Origin: Chryseosolibacter sp.
GTDB lineage: Bacteria; Bacteroidota; Bacteroidia; Cytophagales; Cyclobacteriaceae
Direction: 5' to 3'
Assembly (NCBI GenBank): GCA_036402075.1
Contig: DASWTP010000141.1
Span: 2,357-66,356 of the forward strand
Length of the DNA stretch: 64,000 bases
The position numbers were made by a program, and so were the translations under genes. Each line of letters begins with the position of its first letter. The first letter of the stretch is position 1. Shown one piece after another: positions 26,443 through 36,439 of the stretch. The notes beneath the pieces were generated by a model. The model searched no databases. It was not told the DNA's origin and saw nothing but the letters and a program-made list of their open reading frames with translations.

Positions 26443-27489
26443 ATGAGATCCGTTCGATCGAAGGGCAAAGAAAAGTTGACATCGTTTCATAAACCCATGC
26501 TCGCCACGCTCGGTGACCAGCCATTCAATGATCCTGAATGGATATTTGAAATCAAATGGGACGGTTATCGCGCGATCGCACAAGTCGGCAGCAGTGAGGT
26601 GCAGCTTTATTCCAGGAACGGCCTTTCGTTCAAGCCGCTATACCCTTCCCTTGCAGAAGCGTTGACGAAATTAAAGATCGATGCTGTGTTGGATGGAGAG
26701 ATTGTAGTCTTTAATGAAGACAACAAACCTGACTTTCAACAGCTGCAGCAATTCGGTGACGTGCAAAAAGGCAAGCTAATGTACTATGTGTTCGATTGCC
26801 TTTACGTTAAGGGAAAATCCATAATGGATAAACCGTTGCTTGAGCGAAAAGAAATCCTTAAACGCCTTTTGCCAGAGAACGAAATGATTCGTTATGCCGA
26901 TCATGTTGAAGAAAATGGTTTGGATGTCTTTCAGCGAGTAAAGGGAATGGACCTTGAAGGTATGATTGCAAAACGGTCATCAAGTAAGTATAAAATCGGA
27001 ACTCGAACATCGGACTGGCTCAAGATTAAGAACCACAATACACAGGAAGCCATTATCGCAGGATACACTGAGCCGCGAGGTAGCAGAAAATTTTTTGGTG
27101 CGCTTGTCCTCGCAATCCAGCAGGGAAGTGAACTCGTTTATATTGGCCACACCGGTACTGGCTTCTCCGACCAAACATTGCGTGAAGTGTTTGAAAAACT
27201 GCAGCCACTGGTCCGAAAAAAGTCACCATTCAGCAAGAAAGTCCCTGTGAAAGCGAATGTGACATGGGTGGCGCCAAAACTGGTCTGTAACATCAAATAC
27301 TCGGAAATAACACAAGGAGGAATTCTGCGGCATCCCGTCTTTTTGGGCCTGCGCATTGACAAGAACGCCCGCGAAACAAATCAGCTCGATCAACCGATAT
27401 CAACGAAACGTGTCATCGAAAAATCGCATCGAAAACCCGTTAAAAAAACGTCATTAAAGCCTAAGACCACCCTGAAGACGGAGAGCTAA
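26443..27489 (+). CDS. ligD: ATP-dependent DNA ligase, LigD ligase domain only
   Basis: PMLA, EIKWDGYR (adenylated Lys), LDGEIV, EGMIAK, WLKIK and LRHPVFLGLRIDK motifs. No phosphoesterase or polymerase domain. Confidence 0.88.
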   Translation: MRSVRSKGKEKLTSFHKPMLATLGDQPFNDPEWIFEIKWDGYRAIAQVGSSEVQLYSRNGLSFKPLYPSLAEALTKLKIDAVLDGEIVVFNEDNKPDFQQLQQFGDVQKGKLMYYVFDCLYVKGKSIMDKPLLERKEILKRLLPENEMIRYADHVEENGLDVFQRVKGMDLEGMIAKRSSSKYKIGTRTSDWLKIKNHNTQEAIIAGYTEPRGSRKFFGALVLAIQQGSELVYIGHTGTGFSDQTLREVFEKLQPLVRKKSPFSKKVPVKANVTWVAPKLVCNIKYSEITQGGILRHPVFLGLRIDKNARETNQLDQPISTKRVIEKSHRKPVKKTSLKPKTTLKTES

Positions 27490-27593
27490 TTCAGGCAGTT
27501 TGGTGGATATGTACACAAAGCTGTAACAGTAAACACGCAAAAACCTTACAAGCAAGCGTAATTGCATTGATACATTCTGTTTTTATCCTTCAA

Positions 27594-28868
27594 ATGCCTA
27601 ACTTTCTGGCTCATTTACCCCGCTTGAAGACCTTACAAAAACTCCTTCTGCTGACGCTGGTGTCTGCACATCAGCTTTCACAAGCGCAGCCACGGCTTGA
27701 AAAAGGCCTGGTAGATCTTCGGCAGTATGATTTCGCGGATAATGGCGCTTTTACCCTTGATGGCGAATGGGAGTTTTACATGAGCCAGCTCATCTCACCT
27801 GGCGATTTTTCAACGATTGGCGGAGAGCCCAAAGATTACGTTGATTTCCCTTCTGCGTGGAATATTTCTGCTGGCACTCAAAATTTTGGGTTTGCCACCT
27901 ACCGGCTCACGCTCCAGTTGAACGCAAAGCAGTCACTCGCACTGCAGATTCCGCATTGTTATTCCAACTATACGCTGTGGGCAAACGGAAAGATCATTTC
28001 AGCAAACGGTGTTGTTGGCAAATCCCCGGATCAATCGAAACCGCAGTGGCTTCCCGCTACGGTAAATCTGCCCAGTGAGACTACCGTTTCACTTATTTTG
28101 CAGATATCAAACTTTCATCATGCTATTGGTGGCATTCGCGAATCAATTCTGCTCGGGGACCGCGAGGACATGCACTTTCGCAAATCCGTCTCACTAACAA
28201 GCAACCTGGTATTGGTTGTAGGCCTTTTGGTCCTCGCTCTTGTTGCAGGGTTTGTCTGTATTCTATACAAGTCAAACGCGGTATTATTTTTTGCGTGCTT
28301 TACATTGGCATGGGGAGTTCGTGAAGCGTTCTCGAACCTCTACCTGGGCGTACAGTATATGCCTGATTTTCCCTGGGCAGCAGCGGTGAAGATTGAATAC
28401 ACGACACTTTTCCTCGTGATGATCTTTTCCATGCTTTTCATAGGCAGTTTGTTTAAGGAAGATGTGAACACCGTATTCAAATACCTTTTTTGTTTTTGCA
28501 ACCTGGTTTTCATTGGCATTGCAGTTTTCCTTGATGCATCTGTTTATACCCAATTTCTACCAGTCTACCTTTCGTTCGCAGCTGCCTTGCTGATCTTCAT
28601 CGTGTATGTGTTGATCCGCGCTGTTGTGTATGAACGACAGGGCGTTTGGCTAATCATTGCCTGCCTCTTCCTTGGTGTAATCATTTTTTCATATGACCTG
28701 ATCTCGTACCAGGGACTAGCGAACTTTAACCCGATCATTATCAGCATTGGGTACCTCTCGATGTTTGCATTAATGTCTGTTGCCCTACTGTTCCAGGTAG
28801 GAATATTTAAACGTTCGGCAGCTACGAATATGCTGACCTATGACGACCTCTATGGAGGAAACAAATAA
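27594..28868 (+). CDS. 7TM-DISM-type membrane receptor (extracellular beta-sandwich plus 7TM) lacking an output domain
   Basis: LDGEWEFY, GFATYRL, LQISNFHH..GG motifs, then about seven TM helices; ends about 20 aa after the last helix. Confidence 0.8.
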   Translation: MPNFLAHLPRLKTLQKLLLLTLVSAHQLSQAQPRLEKGLVDLRQYDFADNGAFTLDGEWEFYMSQLISPGDFSTIGGEPKDYVDFPSAWNISAGTQNFGFATYRLTLQLNAKQSLALQIPHCYSNYTLWANGKIISANGVVGKSPDQSKPQWLPATVNLPSETTVSLILQISNFHHAIGGIRESILLGDREDMHFRKSVSLTSNLVLVVGLLVLALVAGFVCILYKSNAVLFFACFTLAWGVREAFSNLYLGVQYMPDFPWAAAVKIEYTTLFLVMIFSMLFIGSLFKEDVNTVFKYLFCFCNLVFIGIAVFLDASVYTQFLPVYLSFAAALLIFIVYVLIRAVVYERQGVWLIIACLFLGVIIFSYDLISYQGLANFNPIIISIGYLSMFALMSVALLFQVGIFKRSAATNMLTYDDLYGGNK

Positions 28869-28870
28869 TG

Positions 28871-31800
28871 CTAGTTGATGATGTGTACCCAGCTCTTGCA
28901 CTCGGAATATCCCTCGACCTTAACATCATAGTAGTACACACCTGACGCAAGCTCTTCATTCGGCCAGTTGTATTGGTAGTCATCATCATGAAAGAGAATT
29001 CTACCCCAACGATTGTAGGCGGTAAGTGAAACCTTGATTCCATACTGTGATGGCGTGACACCCGGAGTATCACCGAGTTGTACGGTAAGAAAGTCATTAA
29101 TATCATCGTCCACTCCAGGCGTGATTACATTGGGAACAACGATTCTGAACATCGGTATCTCCTCAATCTGTTCCACTACGCAATCCACACGATTGGTAAC
29201 GAGTCGAACTTTGAAGACTCCTTCATTCTCAAATTCGTGTGTGGTTTCCTCTTCATCGGAAGTTGTGCCGTCACCAAAATCAAAATATACAATGTCATCT
29301 GCCTCGAGACTATCGGTCGAGCTCTTCACGCCCAGCAACAACTTTCCACTGCACGATGACATGCGATTGAATTCAAAGGTGGGGTTGATACCCGGGATAA
29401 CATTAAGCTTCACCGTATCCTTAGTCACGCAACCAGTCGCTTCTGTGATTGTCACGAAATAGGAAGTTGTATCTTTGGGACTCACTACAGGCTGTCCAAG
29501 AGTTGAAGTAAAAGAACCGTCATCGTTTGTCCAAGAGTACGATGACCCTCCGGAAGCGTTAAGCCTGTATTGTTCACCAAAACAAATGTCATCATCGGCC
29601 GGGCCTTTGCCCACACGCCTGTCAACGGTTACGTAAGTTGAGGTCGAGTCAATTCCTTTGCAAGTCCGTTCATCGATGATCTTCAATTTGACAAGGAAAG
29701 TTCCCTCCTTCTTGTACTCATGCACGAAGGCTGCCGTGTCGCGCCTTGAGTAAAATGTTCCATCGCCCATCGTCCATTCGTGTATTTCACCGCCAATACT
29801 TTTGTTTTCGAACATCAGCTTGTCTGGCATGCAGACATGGTTTTGGCCCGGGAAATTTCGTTTTGGGCTGTTTGTCCGGATAATCGCACGAAGCGAACTC
29901 AGGTCAAACTTGAAGGCCGCGTTATTACAATTCGGGCTCGCGTTGGTTCGCGACCACGCGCCAGGTGTGGTTGGGAAATCGGATTTGGGAAACCCGGTTC
30001 CCGCACGGCAACCTGCACACACCGCATGATAGACGGTACCGCGTTTATCAAAGCGACTCGTTCCGCCATCAACATGCGTAAACGACTGATTGCCCCCAAG
30101 AAACGTTCCGTAGAGAAACTTCTTAGCGTCATCGTATAGTACGATAAAATAAAAATCGTTTCCGCTGGTATTACGTTGAAAGGCATCGTCACTTACTTGC
30201 AGGCCAAGGCTGTTGGTATTCCATCCTCCAACAAATCGGTTAAGCACGCCACCCGCCCAACCGCTCATGTAGATAATCCCGCAGTCGTTAACGAGGAAGG
30301 CCGTGGGTGAAATGTCGGGTGTTACGCGCCCTGAGCCAAACACTGTAGAGAACTCTATCGCGCTGAGATCGTTTCTGAATTTCTGCAGAAACTGCCCACT
30401 ACGAGGCTTGTTGTAAATTCCGGCTGTAATGGGAAACGAGGTCGAGGTTGTCTGACCGTACACATAAACTTCTTCGGCTGTGTTGAGGTCAAGGAAATAC
30501 ACCTGGTCGAACAGGTCACGTCCCGTGTAAGTTGCATTTAAAATCCGTTTCCCATCTGACTGTAGCTTTACCATCCACCCATCCACATCACCATTCCATG
30601 TACTGTCATACGCGTTCTTAGGAAAATGAAAATCGCTATAAGGGAAATCTTCACTATTTGTTCCCCCCGCCACAAACAAGTTGTTGTCTTTATCTAGCTT
30701 GATCGAGTAAGCGGCATCGGTCTCATCTCCTCCCAGGTAGTTGCTCCAGACGATTTGCGAAAGATCGGGAGTCATCTTCACGACAAGCGCATCGGTCAGT
30801 CCACCGTTGTATTCATCATGAAAGCCGTTCACCATCGGAAAATCCTCCGAAGCCGTCACGGAGCTAATGTAGACGTTGCCTTCGTTGTCGGTAATAACAT
30901 CACCGCGAAGCTGGTCGCCATAGTTTTTCACGAGCTCACTTCCCTGGATATTCAAGCCATCGTTTTCGGATCCCCCGAGGTAAGTTGATGCCAACATCAC
31001 GCTGCCATCGCGGTTAAACCGCGAGATAAAAATATCGCAGCCTGCGAAGTATGAAACAACGTGATTATCCGCTTCTCCTCCCTGGAACTCTCTCAGGAAG
31101 GCACCCGCAGAAGTTGGAAAATCTGACGAACTCGTTGTTCCGAGAACAATTAATTCTTCATTGCTGTTCATCACCAGGCTGTGCGGTGATTCTGGACCCG
31201 AGCCTCCGAGGTGCGTGGCATAGAGCAGTTTTTTTCCGAGCGAATCGTATTTCAGAATTCCAATATCCCAATCTCCACCGCTCAGTCGCTGGAAAGCACC
31301 AGGCGTAGCTGGAAAGGCTCCGCCAAGACTTTGGCTAGTCACCCCAGCCGAATAAAGATTTCCGTGCTCGCCCGGGGTTGCTGTGCTTCCCCAGTTGTCT
31401 GCTGTCGATCCTGAATACGTTGAAAAAATTAAAAGTGGGTCTACAATCAACTCGTAACAGGGATCGTAGCCATCAGGAAAACAAAACGTCACAAGGTCAA
31501 CGTTCAGTGAATACGAAACATCTACGTGCACTTTCTTTCCATCAATAATCTGCCACGCTACCGGACGTTTTTCGATTAGATCACCGAGTGTTGTCTTGAT
31601 GTAGAGGTTGCCGTTGTCGAGGAGCAGGTTTTCTGCACCTTCATATCGAACAACAATCTGGGAAGGATCCGACCAAGGCGATACAATGTAGTCGTATTTA
31701 AGGTTTTCACCGACTGAATATATTTTCAAACCGATGCCGGGGTAAATATCGTTGTATAAAATACCAGTGTAGCCGTAAGCATGGCTCGCCCACCGCTTCG

Positions 31801-32164
31801 GATCTTTGCCGAGGTAAAAATTCGAATAGCTATCAGTTCTTCCAAGAGGCGAATACGTTGCCGACAAGTTAGCACCAACAAAAGATGCTCTTACGAGATG
31901 TCCTTTAATCGCATTGGACGCATCGGGCTTCAGGTGCTCATGCGTCTTCAAATGATTCGCCTCAAGCTGCGATTTATCGATGAGCTGATACGCGAAATAA
32001 CCTGCGCCAATCCGCATTTGCCCGCCTGGAACTAACGCCCCAAAATGGACATCGTGGCTCCATTGGTTTTTGTTTTCGACAAAAGTCAGCGATGCCTCCT
32101 GCGCACTTACTGTGGAAGCAGCGAACAGGATGACAATTGCGAGAAAAACACCTTGCCTGATCAT
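28871..32164 (-). CDS. T9SS type B (CHU_C / gliding-motility CTD) protein with SBBP-like propeller repeats and PKD domains
   Basis: FVENKNQW, LIVDPLLIFSTYSGS, repeated YLGG motifs, W/F.xGDGT PKD motifs, C-terminal PNVITP...YNRWG. Confidence 0.88.
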   Translation of the reverse strand: MIRQGVFLAIVILFAASTVSAQEASLTFVENKNQWSHDVHFGALVPGGQMRIGAGYFAYQLIDKSQLEANHLKTHEHLKPDASNAIKGHLVRASFVGANLSATYSPLGRTDSYSNFYLGKDPKRWASHAYGYTGILYNDIYPGIGLKIYSVGENLKYDYIVSPWSDPSQIVVRYEGAENLLLDNGNLYIKTTLGDLIEKRPVAWQIIDGKKVHVDVSYSLNVDLVTFCFPDGYDPCYELIVDPLLIFSTYSGSTADNWGSTATPGEHGNLYSAGVTSQSLGGAFPATPGAFQRLSGGDWDIGILKYDSLGKKLLYATHLGGSGPESPHSLVMNSNEELIVLGTTSSSDFPTSAGAFLREFQGGEADNHVVSYFAGCDIFISRFNRDGSVMLASTYLGGSENDGLNIQGSELVKNYGDQLRGDVITDNEGNVYISSVTASEDFPMVNGFHDEYNGGLTDALVVKMTPDLSQIVWSNYLGGDETDAAYSIKLDKDNNLFVAGGTNSEDFPYSDFHFPKNAYDSTWNGDVDGWMVKLQSDGKRILNATYTGRDLFDQVYFLDLNTAEEVYVYGQTTSTSFPITAGIYNKPRSGQFLQKFRNDLSAIEFSTVFGSGRVTPDISPTAFLVNDCGIIYMSGWAGGVLNRFVGGWNTNSLGLQVSDDAFQRNTSGNDFYFIVLYDDAKKFLYGTFLGGNQSFTHVDGGTSRFDKRGTVYHAVCAGCRAGTGFPKSDFPTTPGAWSRTNASPNCNNAAFKFDLSSLRAIIRTNSPKRNFPGQNHVCMPDKLMFENKSIGGEIHEWTMGDGTFYSRRDTAAFVHEYKKEGTFLVKLKIIDERTCKGIDSTSTYVTVDRRVGKGPADDDICFGEQYRLNASGGSSYSWTNDDGSFTSTLGQPVVSPKDTTSYFVTITEATGCVTKDTVKLNVIPGINPTFEFNRMSSCSGKLLLGVKSSTDSLEADDIVYFDFGDGTTSDEEETTHEFENEGVFKVRLVTNRVDCVVEQIEEIPMFRIVVPNVITPGVDDDINDFLTVQLGDTPGVTPSQYGIKVSLTAYNRWGRILFHDDDYQYNWPNEELASGVYYYDVKVEGYSECKSWVHIIN

Positions 32165-32330
32165 TTCACGAATGAAAAAAGGTACACGTCATTCAGCCCA
32201 ATACCTACGATTGTTCCGCGACAATTTGACCGATAGTGTTAGTTACTTTTCGTTGAAAAAGGGAACCGCTGCAAAAAATTATTCACGGAAAAACTTTTTC
32301 GCGGAAGGCAAGATAACGAAAAACATGCAC

Positions 32331-34898
32331 TTAACTTTCTTTGCGAAGCACCTGGAGCGGTGGTGTACTGATTACTTCGCGAGAGTTAAACCAGCCGATT
32401 GCAATTGTCAGAATGATTACCCCCAATCCGATAGTCAAAAGCTCAAGCCAATCAAATGCGAAGGTGATCTCAAAGAAAAATTTCGTGAGCAGCCATCCCC
32501 CGCCCAGCGACAAGATCATTCCGGTGAGCGCTGAAAACAACCCCAGGTATGCATACTCAATTAACGTAATCTGGGTGATCTGTCGTGTTCGTGCTCCAAC
32601 CGTTCGCAACAATACGTTTTCTTTGATTCTCACAAACTTGCTGTTGATTACTGCTCCGGCCAGGACAACCAGGCCGGTAATGATGCTGAACAGCGCGAGG
32701 AACCGGATGATCAATCCAAGTTTGTTAAACAATTCGTTCACCGTGCTGAGGATCAATCGTAAATCGATCAACGATACGTTCGGGAATTGCATCACCAGCG
32801 CCTGCTGAAAAGCGTTTGCCTGGTTTTGGTCGTTGATGCGCGTAGCCGTAACGAAGATCTGGGGCGCTGCTTCGAGCACACTGTCTGGAAACACGAAAAT
32901 GAAATTGGGAGGATCTTTTGGCCAGTCAACTTTTCGAACTCCCCCGATGTACGCCTTCACGGGCACTCCCTGAACATCGAACACCAGCGAATCACCGAGC
33001 TTCACTTCCAGGTTTTCTTCCATCCCCTCGGAGATCGTGACGAATACGGAGTCTCCAACACTGCTCTTATACTGGATCTTTCCCTTGATCAATTCTTCGG
33101 AATGATGGAGCGAATCCCGATAGGTGATCCGATACTCGCGGGTCAACGCCCAGTTCGGAATTTTATCGGTGGTATCGCGTTGCAGCGAGTCAATGCTTCT
33201 GCCTTTAAGCTGGCTAAGCCGGCAGGTAATAATTGGCACAACCTGATTTACTTTGAGCTTGTTGTCCTCCATCAATTTCACAACCCCGTCTTTCTGCGAA
33301 GGCTGGATATCGAAGAGGATCGTGTTGCTTTGATTTTCCTGCCCGGTAAATTCAACCTGGCTCAACATACTCTGCTCAACAATATTGAGGGTCGAGATGA
33401 TGAAGGCGCCCAGCCCGATGGTGACCATAAGCACCCTGGTTTGATTGTTGGGCCGAAACAGGCTCGAGAGGGAATGACGCCAGATGAATCCTGCCTTATG
33501 CGGAAAAAACTTCCGAACTATCATCAACAGCGCAATTGCGACCAGCGTCAGGCATGCCAGCGCGCCAACGAGCCCGAGAAAGAACATCAGGCCTGTCATG
33601 ATGCTTTTGGTCTGTAAAGCAGCAAATGCAATGGGGAATAATGCAATGAGGACAATCGCGGTGATCTTCGTCTTTGAATACACACGCACGGGTTGTGAGT
33701 CTGTGCGCAAAACCGTGAGTGGTGGAACGAACCGAACGCCAACAAGCGGTAAAATTGAAAAGAGAACTGATACAACCGTCCCAATAATTAATCCGAGCAA
33801 AAGCGACTGCCACGAGATCATGAAGGTTAACTCAAACGGAATCACTCCCTTGAGAAAATACGGGATGAGTTGCTGAATACCCACACCCAGAAAAGAACCG
33901 ATGACACTTCCGATAACGCCAAGCAAGAAAATCTGGATAAAGAAAATATTGAATGCCTGCCACCCGGAGGATCCAACGCATCGGAGTACGGCAACCTCCT
34001 CGCGCTTTTCCCGGGCATAAATATGAACTGAACTGGCGACACCAATGCAACCCAGGATGAGTGCAATAAATGCGAGCAATGAAAAGAACCGATAAATAGA
34101 CTGAAAGCCCTCACCTAATCCCTCTTTGCGCCCCTCAACGGTTTCAAGTGAGTACCCATGCTTCCGTAGAACAGGCCGAATCTTTTCAACTGTTGCGGTC
34201 TTTTGTTTTTCGGAATAGATCTTGAAATATTGCTTGTAGCTCACACGGCTTCCGAATTGCACCAGCCCCGTTGAATCGAGCTGATCAAGCGAAATGTAAA
34301 CGGAGGGCGTGAAGGTCGTCATGATGCCTCCTCCTCCCGGGATCTTTTTAACGATACCGGAAACTTTAAATACGGAGTTCCCGATCCGGATAGAATCGTC
34401 TGAGCTCACTTCATACTGGCTGGCGAGTGTCTCATCAAGCATTGCAAACTTGCCAGTTTTCACCTTACGGTATGCGTTGGCAGGCTGTGTTTCTATCTCA
34501 CCGTAGAAGGGAAAATTTCCTCGTAATGCCACCAGCCGGATCAGGCGCGACTGATTGTTGTGAAGAAACAGCACCATGGAAGCCATATCGGCTTCCGATG
34601 CTTGCGGATACTTCAGGGAATCGAAGAGTGCCGTTACTTCAGGGACGAATTTTTTGTCACCATTCACGACTACGTCTGCGCCAAGCAGCTCCTTAGCGTT
34701 GTTATCAATGTCTGCCTGCAATGATTGATTCAATGAATCCAGTGCGACTACTGCGGCAATCCCTGTAATCAGCGAAGCAGTGAACAAGACCAGCCTTGAG
34801 TAGTTATGCCGCGCGTCACGCCATGCCATGCGCCAAACCCAGCCGTCTGTAAAAATGGTTTTCGCCTTGCGCTTAATCTTAATGATGTACTCGATCAT
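32331..34898 (-). CDS. ABC transporter permease (YbbP-like, double FtsX)
   Basis: AWRDAR, ELLGAD, two FtsX-like TM blocks and a C-terminal PLQVLR motif. Confidence 0.9.
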   Translation of the reverse strand: MIEYIIKIKRKAKTIFTDGWVWRMAWRDARHNYSRLVLFTASLITGIAAVVALDSLNQSLQADIDNNAKELLGADVVVNGDKKFVPEVTALFDSLKYPQASEADMASMVLFLHNNQSRLIRLVALRGNFPFYGEIETQPANAYRKVKTGKFAMLDETLASQYEVSSDDSIRIGNSVFKVSGIVKKIPGGGGIMTTFTPSVYISLDQLDSTGLVQFGSRVSYKQYFKIYSEKQKTATVEKIRPVLRKHGYSLETVEGRKEGLGEGFQSIYRFFSLLAFIALILGCIGVASSVHIYAREKREEVAVLRCVGSSGWQAFNIFFIQIFLLGVIGSVIGSFLGVGIQQLIPYFLKGVIPFELTFMISWQSLLLGLIIGTVVSVLFSILPLVGVRFVPPLTVLRTDSQPVRVYSKTKITAIVLIALFPIAFAALQTKSIMTGLMFFLGLVGALACLTLVAIALLMIVRKFFPHKAGFIWRHSLSSLFRPNNQTRVLMVTIGLGAFIISTLNIVEQSMLSQVEFTGQENQSNTILFDIQPSQKDGVVKLMEDNKLKVNQVVPIITCRLSQLKGRSIDSLQRDTTDKIPNWALTREYRITYRDSLHHSEELIKGKIQYKSSVGDSVFVTISEGMEENLEVKLGDSLVFDVQGVPVKAYIGGVRKVDWPKDPPNFIFVFPDSVLEAAPQIFVTATRINDQNQANAFQQALVMQFPNVSLIDLRLILSTVNELFNKLGLIIRFLALFSIITGLVVLAGAVINSKFVRIKENVLLRTVGARTRQITQITLIEYAYLGLFSALTGMILSLGGGWLLTKFFFEITFAFDWLELLTIGLGVIILTIAIGWFNSREVISTPPLQVLRKES

Positions 34899-34910
34899 GA
34901 CGGGATGCGG

Positions 34911-35609
34911 TTAACGTGCGATCGATGGGCTATAAATGTCCTGGATGAGTTTGCCACCTTTCATTCTCAAAATGCGCTGCGTGCGTTGCGCAAGATCGAG
35001 ATTGTGGGTGACCAGGACGAGTGTTGTCCCCTGTTCTTTGTTCAATCCAAAAAGAAGCTCTGTGATGTGTGTGGCATTCTCCTCGTCCAGGTTTCCCGTG
35101 GGCTCGTCAGCGAATAAGATTTTCGGATCGGTCATGAAGGCCCGCGCCATGGCCACACGCTGCTGCTCCCCTCCTGACAGTTGTGACGGATAATGATGAA
35201 CCCGATCAGCAAGGCCTACGCGATGCAGCAGCTCTTTCGCCTTGTTCATTACATTACGTTCACCGCGAAGCTCCAGTGGCACCATGACATTCTCCAGGGC
35301 CGTTAATGTTGAGAGGAGCTGGAAGTTCTGAAACACAAACCCGACATATTGATTGCGGATATACGCCCGGTCGTCTTCGCTCATGTTATTTAGCTTGAAC
35401 CCCATCAATGAAATAGTTCCAGATGAGGGAGTATCCAGACCTGCACACAGGCCAAGCAGCGTGGTCTTGCCGCTACCGGATGGACCGATAATGGAGATCG
35501 AATTACCCTGGTCGACTGCAAACGAGATTTGGTCAAGAACGACCAGGTCTCTGTCGGCAGAACGGTAAATTTTTGTTAGATTTTCAGCCTGGAGTACGGT
35601 TTGTGACAT
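34911..35609 (-). CDS. ABC transporter ATP-binding protein (YbbA-like)
   Basis: GPSGSGKTT, LSGGEQQRVA, ADEPTGNLD and VTH motifs. Confidence 0.95.
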   Translation of the reverse strand: MSQTVLQAENLTKIYRSADRDLVVLDQISFAVDQGNSISIIGPSGSGKTTLLGLCAGLDTPSSGTISLMGFKLNNMSEDDRAYIRNQYVGFVFQNFQLLSTLTALENVMVPLELRGERNVMNKAKELLHRVGLADRVHHYPSQLSGGEQQRVAMARAFMTDPKILFADEPTGNLDEENATHITELLFGLNKEQGTTLVLVTHNLDLAQRTQRILRMKGGKLIQDIYSPSIAR

Positions 35610-35692
35610 TTTTTTGAAATTCGGCTACTAGAATAAATCGTTATTGCACGAAAATTGTTTCAGTAAATATAAATGTAAACTGAATTTGCTTC

Positions 35693-36301
35693 ATGGTCGT
35701 TAAGAAACTCCTCTTTATTGTGCTCGCGTTAACATTTCAGGCGGCTGATGCTCCGAAAACGATTTTGTTCTTTGGCGACAGTCTCACCGCGGGCTACGGC
35801 TTATCAACCGAAGAAGCATTTCCTGCACAAGTTGAAAAGAAGCTGCTGAAGGACGGCAAAGCAGCAAAAGTGGTGAATGCGGGCCTGAGTGGAGAAACAT
35901 CTGCCGGAGGTGTCTCCCGAATCGACTGGATACTCAAACAGCCCGTGGACATCTTTATTCTGGAACTTGGGGCGAACGATGGCTTGCGAGGCCTGCCGAT
36001 TGAACAGACCATCAAAAATCTTCAGACGATCATTGACAAAGTCAAGGCTAAAAACCCGAAGGTCAAAATAGTGATCGCGGGCATGATGGTGCCGCCCAAC
36101 CTCGGAGCCGATTATTCAACCCGATTCCAAAAGATCTTTCCTGACCTGGCAAAGAAAAACAATGCGACCTTGATCCCTTTTTTGCTTCAAGATGTGGCTG
36201 GGAATGAAAAACTAAACCTTTCAGATGGCATTCATCCGAACCCGGAGGGCCATAAAATCGTTGCACAGAACGTGTTGAAAGCGATCTCACCTTTGATTTA
36301 A
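35693..36301 (+). CDS. tesA: Arylesterase / acyl-CoA thioesterase I (SGNH, TesA-like)
   Basis: GDSLTAGYG, NAGLSGET, ELGANDGLRG and DGIHPN motifs; divergent from ybbA as in E. coli. Confidence 0.9.
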   Translation: MVVKKLLFIVLALTFQAADAPKTILFFGDSLTAGYGLSTEEAFPAQVEKKLLKDGKAAKVVNAGLSGETSAGGVSRIDWILKQPVDIFILELGANDGLRGLPIEQTIKNLQTIIDKVKAKNPKVKIVIAGMMVPPNLGADYSTRFQKIFPDLAKKNNATLIPFLLQDVAGNEKLNLSDGIHPNPEGHKIVAQNVLKAISPLI

Positions 36302-36365
36302 TTTTTTTCGCCTCCGTTTAAAATTATTCATGGGTTCAATCGTCTCTACACGAATGACTGACCAA

Positions 36366-36428
36366 TGTCCACTGTCAACAGTCCACCCGTCCACAGCTTC
36401 TGTTGACTGTTGTCCGTTGACGGTGGAC
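36366..36428. repeat. Inverted array of GTCCAC/GTCAAC repeats with about 7-nt period
   Basis: tGTCCAC tGTCAAC aGTCCAC ccGTCCAC agcttct GTTGAC tGTTGTC cGTTGAC gGTGGAC. Confidence 0.75.
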
Positions 36429-36439
36429 GCAAAACTCCA

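Noticed and set aside
27490-27561. In-frame continuation after the ligD stop (FRQFGGYVHKAVTVNTQKP) as a relic polymerase domain or read-through
   Set aside because: Only 23 codons precede another stop and there is no convincing LigD-POL motif (TNLxK, WP).
32787-33617. 276-aa antisense ORF and many similar shadow ORFs (e.g. 3478-4065, 23176-23805, 39729-40286)
   Set aside because: They lie wholly opposite well-supported genes and have no motifs; expected from codon bias.
35643-35662. Sigma-54-like motifs between ybbA and tesA (TTGCACGAAAATTGT / TGAAACAATTTTCGT)
   Set aside because: Both lack the -24 GG and the -12 GC; too degenerate to call.
36366-36428. CRISPR array
   Set aside because: Units are about 7 nt with no unique spacers and there are no cas genes; no CRISPR-like repeats were seen anywhere in the window.
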